In this document: positions 24,317 to 29,207 of the stretch, one piece after another | Numbering within the stretch: position 1 is the first letter of the stretch | Layout: each line of letters starts with the position of its first letter | Assembly: GCA_016432445.1 (NCBI GenBank) | Contig: CP066689.1 | Span: 540,001-572,000 of the forward strand | Direction of reading: 5' to 3' | DNA length: 32,000 nucleotides | Source of the DNA: Candidatus Saccharimonadota bacterium | GTDB lineage: Bacteria > Patescibacteriota > Microgenomatia > UBA1406 > GWC2-37-13 | The notes under the pieces: generated by a model | Told to the model about the DNA's origin: nothing | The model's database searches: none | Seen by the model: the letters and a program-made list of their open reading frames with translations, nothing else | Made by a program: the position numbers and the translations under genes

Positions 24317-25366
24317 TTGTATTTTATTTTCAAATATAAACTTAAGCCATTTCGATTATTGTTAAACAAATTCGCTTACATCGCTTATTTTTTTTTATTT
24401 TTAATTTTGGATTTCCTCCTGAAAATAAACTCTTTTTCATCGTTTGAAAATTTCATCTCTTCTCTTTATTTATTAAGGCTCTTATTTTATTTCTTATTTT
24501 TTATATTTTTTATATTTTTTTTAAACAAAAATAGACAGTTTTTACAGCTCATTAGGAGGGGATTAATAATATGTCTGGCCTTGATATTGGTGTCTTCAGT
24601 ATTCCAGTATTTTTTTTACCCTGACTTAAGAAATCTTAGTTATTTAGGTTGGGATCCTCATCTTTATCGGGTATTTGGTACTTTTCTTGAGCCGGCGGTT
24701 TTATCAACAGTTCTTGGATTATTTTTTATTTTTATTTCGATTAATCGATTAATCAATAGAAAATATTTAGAGATAACACTTCTAACTGTTTGTTTAATTT
24801 TGATTGCACTAAGTTTTTCTAGGGGAGTTTACATAGGATTTGCTATCAGTTTAGGAATTTATTTATGGCAGAAAAAAAATAAGTACTTTTCACTTTTTTT
24901 TGCTGGGTTTATTGTTTTGATATTGCTGCTTCCCAAGCCGGCAGGTGAGGGCGTAAACCTACTCAGGAACTCAACTATAATATCGAGAGTTAATGATTAT
25001 TCTGCTGGGATTGAGGTTTGGAAAAAAGACCCGATTTTTGGAGTCGGTTACAATAGGATAAGTTATGCAAAGTCTGGAAATAATCAAAGTTCTATCAATC
25101 ATGCCAAAGCTTCCTTTCACTCGAGCTTTCTTATATTACTGGCCGGAAGCGGGATAATCGGGTTAGTCTTATTTTTGTTTGTTTTGAAAGGTTTAGCTCA
25201 GATTAATATTTTTTCTTTTTACAGTGTTATTTTTTTAAGCAGCGCTTCTTTAGTAGATAATTTATTATTGCATCCATTTATTTTGTTTGTTTTGTTTACG
25301 ATGATTGCGTATGCAAAGGGCGAGTCGCGCCTCGCCCCTACAACTATTCATCCTTCTGATAAATAA
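24317..25366 (+). CDS. O-antigen ligase/polymerase-like (Wzy_C-type) polytopic membrane protein; start uncertain
   Basis: It has many TM helices and a loop region FSRGVYIGF...GVGYNR...HAKASFHSSFLILLAGSGIIG. The reading frame is open back to 24182 and encodes a further hydrophobic segment, but no ATG/GTG/TTG precedes 24317. The C-terminus carries palindrome P7. Confidence 0.65.
   Translation: MYFIFKYKLKPFRLLLNKFAYIAYFFLFLILDFLLKINSFSSFENFISSLYLLRLLFYFLFFIFFIFFLNKNRQFLQLIRRGLIICLALILVSSVFQYFFYPDLRNLSYLGWDPHLYRVFGTFLEPAVLSTVLGLFFIFISINRLINRKYLEITLLTVCLILIALSFSRGVYIGFAISLGIYLWQKKNKYFSLFFAGFIVLILLLPKPAGEGVNLLRNSTIISRVNDYSAGIEVWKKDPIFGVGYNRISYAKSGNNQSSINHAKASFHSSFLILLAGSGIIGLVLFLFVLKGLAQINIFSFYSVIFLSSASLVDNLLLHPFILFVLFTMIAYAKGESRLAPTTIHPSDK
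25318..25342 (+). repeat. GC-rich hairpin P7 (left end degenerate, CCCCTACA tail conserved)
   Basis: GGGCGAGTCGCGCCTCGCCCCTACA, with a 7-bp stem GGGCGAG/CTCGCCC and a 6-nt loop. It lies at the 3' end of the O-antigen-ligase-like CDS. It is also immediately downstream of the stop of the convergent Ig-like gene. Confidence 0.65.
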
Positions 25367-26057
25367 CCGTAATTGTTTTGGTTTCGATATTACCGGCATT
25401 ATCCTCAGCTGTCACAACAATTTTATTTTCTCCTGGGTTAAGGTTAACTGTGGTTTGAAAATTACCATTGGAGTCAGTAACTAACGGTAAGCGGCTAACT
25501 TTAATATAGATTTCACTTTCTGTTCTTCCTGCAAGTTTAATAGATGACTGCGTAGTTTTAGAAGAATCACTTGGTTCGGTAATTTCCAGTTTAGGTTTTT
25601 CATTTTTGTATAAGACAGTGAACAGTTGAGATTTTTTTTCATCTTTTGATTTTTTAGTTGCGGCTTTTAGATAGATTTCATTGGTTCCCAGTTTCAAGTC
25701 ACCGATTTCTTCATTGAAAATTTCTGAGGACTTCAATGATATTTCTTTTACTTTTTCATTATTGAGATAAAACTCTATTTTATCGAAATTAGAGGAGTAT
25801 CCAGAGACACTAAGATTAGCGCTGTTTGTCGCAACTGGCAGATCATCAATATTTAAGATTCCATAAAAATCATCCTTTTTTTCAGTTGCTTGAGAGTTCT
25901 TTTTATCAGAAGTTAAACCCGATATAAAAAGAGTAGTGTTGACGATAAGTTTTAATCCAAAAGTTAAAAGAAGAATAACTAATGTCGATATGCAAAGTAT
26001 ATAAAAAATTAGTTTATTGCGGAACTGTTTTTGCTGATAAGAACTTAAGCGTGACAT
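25344..26057 (-). CDS. Membrane-anchored protein with Ig-like/Big-type beta domains
   Basis: An N-terminal TM helix (LIFYILCISTLVILLLTFGL) is followed by beta-rich repeats ending NPGENKIVVTAEDNAGNIETKTITVIY. The start codon shares 1 nt with the encoded CCA end of tRNA-Thr. It overlaps the convergent upstream ORF by 23 nt. Confidence 0.7.
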   Translation of the reverse strand: MSRLSSYQQKQFRNKLIFYILCISTLVILLLTFGLKLIVNTTLFISGLTSDKKNSQATEKKDDFYGILNIDDLPVATNSANLSVSGYSSNFDKIEFYLNNEKVKEISLKSSEIFNEEIGDLKLGTNEIYLKAATKKSKDEKKSQLFTVLYKNEKPKLEITEPSDSSKTTQSSIKLAGRTESEIYIKVSRLPLVTDSNGNFQTTVNLNPGENKIVVTAEDNAGNIETKTITVIYQKDE

Positions 26058-26130
26058 GGAGCCACTCGGGAGAATCGAACTCCCGTCAACGATTTACGAA
26101 ACCGCTGCTCTTCCATTGAGCTAGAGTGGC
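26057..26130 (-). tRNA. tRNA-Thr (anticodon CGT), CCA encoded
   Basis: The reverse complement folds as a cloverleaf. The acceptor stem is GCCACTC/GAGTGGC and the D arm is GCTC-AATGGAA-GAGC. The anticodon arm is GCGGT-TTCGTAA-ATCGT and the T arm is GGGAG-TTCGATT-CTCCC. It ends T-CCA. Confidence 0.88.
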
Positions 26131-26215
26131 AAAATAGTCTCTAGACTTGTGACTTTTACATTGTAATTTTATCATTAAATGGAAGAATTTGCTTTGTTTA
26201 AACTGTAGTATTTGT

Positions 26216-26315
26216 AAAAAAAAGGGGAACAGAGGTGGGAAATGTAAGGCTGCATTAAATGCAGGTTGCGGCTTGGTGCCGCAGTTGACCTTAACAAATC
26301 TTTCCTCTGTTCCTC
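26216..26315 (-). terminator. Candidate branched (three-way-junction) terminator or 3' UTR structure after the KGG gene
   Basis: On the minus strand an outer 10-12-bp helix (26304-26315 with 26224-26235) encloses two 6-bp hairpins. These are TGCGGC/GCCGCA at 26267-26283 and CTGCAT/ATGCAG at 26250-26264. The structure is followed directly by T8 (26223-26216). Confidence 0.4.
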
Positions 26316-26347
26316 AAGCTGCACCGCAGTTGGATAAGTTTACCTAT

Positions 26348-26677
26348 TTAGTTTTGAATCGCCTTCCTGGATCGGCCTCCTTTCTTTCCGATTGTGGAAT
26401 AATACTCGGGGCCGTGTTTTTCTTTCACGGCTTCGCCGCCCTTGCGGCCAATGGTGGAGTAAAACTCCGGCCCTCTTTTGGCCTTTACGGCATTCCCGCC
26501 CTTGCGCCCGATCGTGACGTAGAACTCGCGTCCGCGCTCTTTAGCGACAGTCTCGCCGCCTTTGCGGCCGATTTTGGCGTAGAACTCAGGTCCATACTTC
26601 TCCTTGACCTTTTCTCCGCCCTTCTTGCCGGCCTCCCTGACGGTCATCTCTTTCTTGGGCTCGTCATCTTCTGCCAT
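26348..26677 (-). CDS. KGG-repeat general stress protein (YciG/GsiB-like)
   Basis: About four 20-aa repeats of the form EFY..IG.KGG..V....G. I placed the start at the internal ATG 26677 because AAGGAG lies 6 nt upstream of it. The gene and its flanks are conspicuously GC-rich compared with the rest of the window. Confidence 0.85.
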   Translation of the reverse strand: MAEDDEPKKEMTVREAGKKGGEKVKEKYGPEFYAKIGRKGGETVAKERGREFYVTIGRKGGNAVKAKRGPEFYSTIGRKGGEAVKEKHGPEYYSTIGKKGGRSRKAIQN

Positions 26678-26847
26678 TTGTCTCTCCTTAAAATTTGTGG
26701 TACTGCCCATTTTGAGGTGATGTAATGCTACGTCAATGGGAACCTCCTCCTGTTTTATTGGTGCGTGATCTGCTGACTTTTTCTCTTCAGATCGAGAGCG
26801 TTAAATCATATCGATCCTTTAAGAACAAGGCGCAAATCCTTGATTAA

Positions 26848-26875
26848 ATTATATCCTATAATCTCTAATAATCAA
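26848..26875 (-). promoter_or_regulatory. Candidate sigma70-type promoter upstream of the KGG stress gene
   Basis: The minus strand reads TTGATT (26875-26870), a 16-nt spacer, then TATAAT (26853-26848). This implies a 5' UTR of roughly 160 nt before ATG 26677. Confidence 0.45.
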
Positions 26876-26926
26876 GCATTTTCTTATTTGAGAGTGTCCA
26901 CCAGATAAGACTTAGAGTATCTCAGT

Positions 26927-27199
26927 TTAAGGAGACTTTTTTCTTAATAGTTTTTTTATAGCAGTTAATATAAAGACTAAAGTTATTGATAATGGAAACC
27001 AAAATAGTAAATCAAATAAAAGGCCGCCAATAATTATTTTGTTTGAAAGATTTCCCATAATTCCACCACTTCCGCCATAATAAGGAAATGGCCATCCTGC
27101 TTCAAATATTTGATCACAGCATTGTCCGCTATTATTAACAAAATAAGAAAGTCTGAGAAAAAAAAGTGTTATTAAAAATGCCAGTAAAAATTTTTTCAT
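26927..27199 (-). CDS. Small hypothetical membrane/secreted protein (90 aa)
   Basis: It has an N-terminal signal/TM-like segment MKKFLLAFLITLFFL and a C-terminal TM helix. The middle segment reads GQCCDQIFEAGWPFPYYGGSGG. No SD is visible. The minihelix-like repeat B ends 3 nt upstream of the ATG. Confidence 0.5.
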   Translation of the reverse strand: MKKFLLAFLITLFFLRLSYFVNNSGQCCDQIFEAGWPFPYYGGSGGIMGNLSNKIIIGGLLFDLLFWFPLSITLVFILTAIKKLLRKKSP

Positions 27200-27202
27200 T
27201 TG

Positions 27203-27240
27203 CAGAGCGGGAGACGCACTTTTATTTGAACCGCTCCTGC
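27203..27240 (-). repeat. tRNA-acceptor-like minihelix repeat, copy B
   Basis: The minus strand reads GCAGGAG-CG-GTTC-AAATAAAAGT-GCGT-CTCCCGC-T-CTG. The 7-bp terminal stem GCAGGAG/CTCCCGC has one A-C mismatch. It ends 3 nt upstream of the ATG of the 90-aa ORF. Confidence 0.6.
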
Positions 27241-27323
27241 TTGAATTTATATCTCATTTTAGCAAGTTAATGGGAGTTTATAAAGCTGAGTAGGAAATGG
27301 AAAATTGATATAATCTTGTTACT

Positions 27324-27878
27324 ATGCCAGAAAGATTAAATTCTTCGGATAACGAAGCAAATAAAGGTTACGAAAAAAGAAATACCCTTAATGATATAAG
27401 ATCAGTTGGGGCTACTAAACCTTTAGGCTATCTACCCTTTAGTCATATTATGGAACTTGGAGAGACACCGGAAAACTTGATAGCTGAATCTTCATCAAGA
27501 GGTCTGGAATACAAAACAATTCAGCCAAATGACGTATCCTCTTCAAATTCTATTTTATATGTATTTGACAGAGAAGCTCTTCAGAAATTATTAGACGAAA
27601 GAAGACAAATTCTTGAAGATGTTCAATGGCCGACAGAAGCAGAATCATTTGTGCATTATATAGCCCAGCATAAAGCTCCACAGGAAACAGAATTGTTTGA
27701 TGTTGTTGCTGATGCATTTGCTGATTTCACTAATCCTGGCAGGAAAACATTCCCTAAACCATTAACAACAAGACAAAAAATTAACATTACTATTACAAAA
27801 ATGATTGGAGCCCCACAATTTGCTAGAAATAGAATAGCATTTAACAAACAACTCAAAGAGAGAAAATCATTAAAATAA
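27324..27878 (+). CDS. Hypothetical protein (184 aa), no recognisable domain
   Basis: This is the only long ORF here. TGATATAAT (extended -10) at 27306-27314 ends 9 nt before the ATG. Confidence 0.6.
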   Translation: MPERLNSSDNEANKGYEKRNTLNDIRSVGATKPLGYLPFSHIMELGETPENLIAESSSRGLEYKTIQPNDVSSSNSILYVFDREALQKLLDERRQILEDVQWPTEAESFVHYIAQHKAPQETELFDVVADAFADFTNPGRKTFPKPLTTRQKINITITKMIGAPQFARNRIAFNKQLKERKSLK

Positions 27879-28039
27879 CTTTAAATCATTATTTTAATAA
27901 CAAAGACACGGGATTTGAACCAAAATGAAGCTAAATTTTCGTATGTTGACGAGAAGGGGTGTAAACAATTTATGAATGATTTTAGGATTAGCCCGTTGTA
28001 TCAATATATTCAGCACTTTGATACACAGGGTATCCCGTC

Positions 28040-28077
28040 TGGAGCGGGACACGCAAATTATTTTGAACTAATCCTGC
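28040..28077 (-). repeat. tRNA-acceptor-like minihelix repeat, copy A (tRNA-Gly-derived, ends T-CCA)
   Basis: The minus strand reads GCAGGAT-TA-GTTC-AAAATAATTT-GCGT-GTCCCGC-T-CCA. Its 5' 15 nt and its 3' end plus trailer (CGCTCCAGACGGG) match tRNA-Gly at 29048-29121. The D-arm 3' strand, the anticodon arm and most of the T arm are missing. Confidence 0.6.
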
Positions 28078-28212
28078 TTAATTTCCTTTCTCATTTTAAC
28101 AATTTGATGGAAATATATCAAAGCAAAGATTGACAATTACAGTTAAACATATGGTAGACTAAATAAAGACTCACTAAAGATGATGTAGAATTATTGGAAG
28201 GAGGTGTTTTTT

Positions 28213-28386
28213 ATGAACAAACAACAAAATCCAATAGTAATTGCATTGATGGTTGCCGGCGCATTCTTAGGATATAGGATACTTACAGGTAAATTTGAAC
28301 AACCTATAGATTGGCTGGGAGTAGCATTGGTAGGAGTAATTGCTTATTTTGGGGCTTGGTATATGCAAAAAAGAAAAGCAAAATAA
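28213..28386 (+). CDS. Small two-TM membrane protein (57 aa)
   Basis: A strong SD, GGAGG, at about 28199-28203 lies 9 nt before ATG 28213. Two hydrophobic helices are followed by a basic tail, QKRKAK. Confidence 0.65.
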   Translation: MNKQQNPIVIALMVAGAFLGYRILTGKFEQPIDWLGVALVGVIAYFGAWYMQKRKAK

Positions 28387-28432
28387 TAGTTCAAACCAAA
28401 AAAAGCAAAATTATTAATGGAATTTAAGTCAC

Positions 28433-28954
28433 ATGGGTTTTTATAAACACACTATAGAAGAACTTGATGGGAAAGTATTCGTACAGAAAAAAGTAGATGA
28501 CGATAAAGTAAATAAACTAATTCTAGCGATTGTGGTAGCTTTAGCAGTAATGTTTACTTTATTAATAGCTCTACCCGATGTATCTTCTGGTAAAAAACCA
28601 TTAACCGATCTAATTCTAGCTTTAGTTCTTATTTTTGTCGGGGGATCAATAGGGGGAATTGCTGTAAAATTAGTTTTAACTTTTATACTACCATTCGTAT
28701 CTCCAAAAGTTATCTTAGATAATAAAACCCAGCTACTTTCAACATCAAATGGCAGTTTAGATATTAAATTTTCAGACGTTGAAGATGTTTTGATTACAGA
28801 AAAAGCAGCTATGTGGTTACCAATAAATTTTGTCACATTAAAATTGAAAAGTGGTCAGACTTCATTGCCATTTAATTTTATTTCATACAACGAAGCAAAA
28901 AGCGTCCAAGAAAGAATTAAAGTATTAATAATGAAGAAAGGGGATTTGAACTAA
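28433..28954 (+). CDS. Hypothetical membrane protein (two TM helices plus a small C-terminal beta-rich domain, possibly bacterial PH-like)
   Basis: Hydrophobic helices LILAIVVALAVMFTLLIAL and LILALVLIFVGGSIGGIAV are followed by a soluble tail of about 85 aa. The last codons (GDLN-stop) lie inside repeat R2. Confidence 0.6.
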   Translation: MGFYKHTIEELDGKVFVQKKVDDDKVNKLILAIVVALAVMFTLLIALPDVSSGKKPLTDLILALVLIFVGGSIGGIAVKLVLTFILPFVSPKVILDNKTQLLSTSNGSLDIKFSDVEDVLITEKAAMWLPINFVTLKLKSGQTSLPFNFISYNEAKSVQERIKVLIMKKGDLN

Positions 28955-29047
28955 TTTGAGGCTAAAGATTATGAAATTTTCGTCTAGGACACGGGACACT
29001 ACTCCTTTTTCAAACTTTTTGAGGCTAAGATTGAACTCTGCCCCGTC

Positions 29048-29121
29048 TGGAGCGAGATACGAGAATCGAACTCGCATCTCCACCTTGGGAAGGTGGCATT
29101 CTACCATTGAACTAATCTCGC
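29048..29121 (-). tRNA. tRNA-Gly (anticodon CCC), CCA encoded
   Basis: The reverse complement folds as a cloverleaf. The acceptor stem is GCGAGAT/ATCTCGC and the D arm is GTTC-AATGGTA-GAAT. The anticodon arm is CCACC-TTCCCAA-GGTGG and the T arm is GCGAG-TTCGATT-CTCGT. It ends T-CCA. Confidence 0.88.
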
Positions 29122-29130
29122 TGAATTTTT

Positions 29131-29156
29131 GGCGGGTACCACTGAACTACCACCGC
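29131..29156 (-). other. tRNA 5'-half-like sequence in the predicted tRNA-Gly leader
   Basis: The minus strand reads GCGGTGG-TA-GTTC-AGTGGTA-CCCGCC, which looks like an acceptor 5' strand, D stem and D loop and then breaks off. It lies between the predicted promoter and the mature tRNA-Gly 5' end. Confidence 0.5.
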
Positions 29157-29167
29157 AAACATTGTAT

Positions 29168-29196
29168 ATTTTATCTTTTTGATAGTTTTTTATCAA
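29168..29196 (-). promoter_or_regulatory. Sigma70-type promoter driving tRNA-Gly
   Basis: The minus strand reads TTGATA (29196-29191), a 17-nt spacer, then TAAAAT (29173-29168). The tRNA-half-like leader starts about 11 nt downstream. Confidence 0.6.
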
Positions 29197-29207
29197 TACG
29201 GGAGAAA

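Noticed and set aside
26189-26725. A 178-aa plus-strand ORF opposite the KGG gene.
   Set aside because: It is a shadow ORF opened by the high GC content of the islet. Its sequence is low-complexity and Ala/Leu/Gly-rich, and it has no RBS. The minus-strand KGG gene has clear repeats and an AAGGAG SD.
27915-28133. A 72-aa ORF with a TTG start.
   Set aside because: It has no RBS or -10-proximal ATG. It begins inside repeat R1 and reads through minihelix copy A. It is probably non-coding debris, although a real small protein cannot be excluded.
28130-28160. A possible promoter, TTGACA (28130-28135), upstream of the 57-aa ORF.
   Set aside because: The best -10 candidate, TGGTAGACT, lies at a 19-nt spacing, and other hexamers are poorly spaced. 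The evidence is too weak to annotate.
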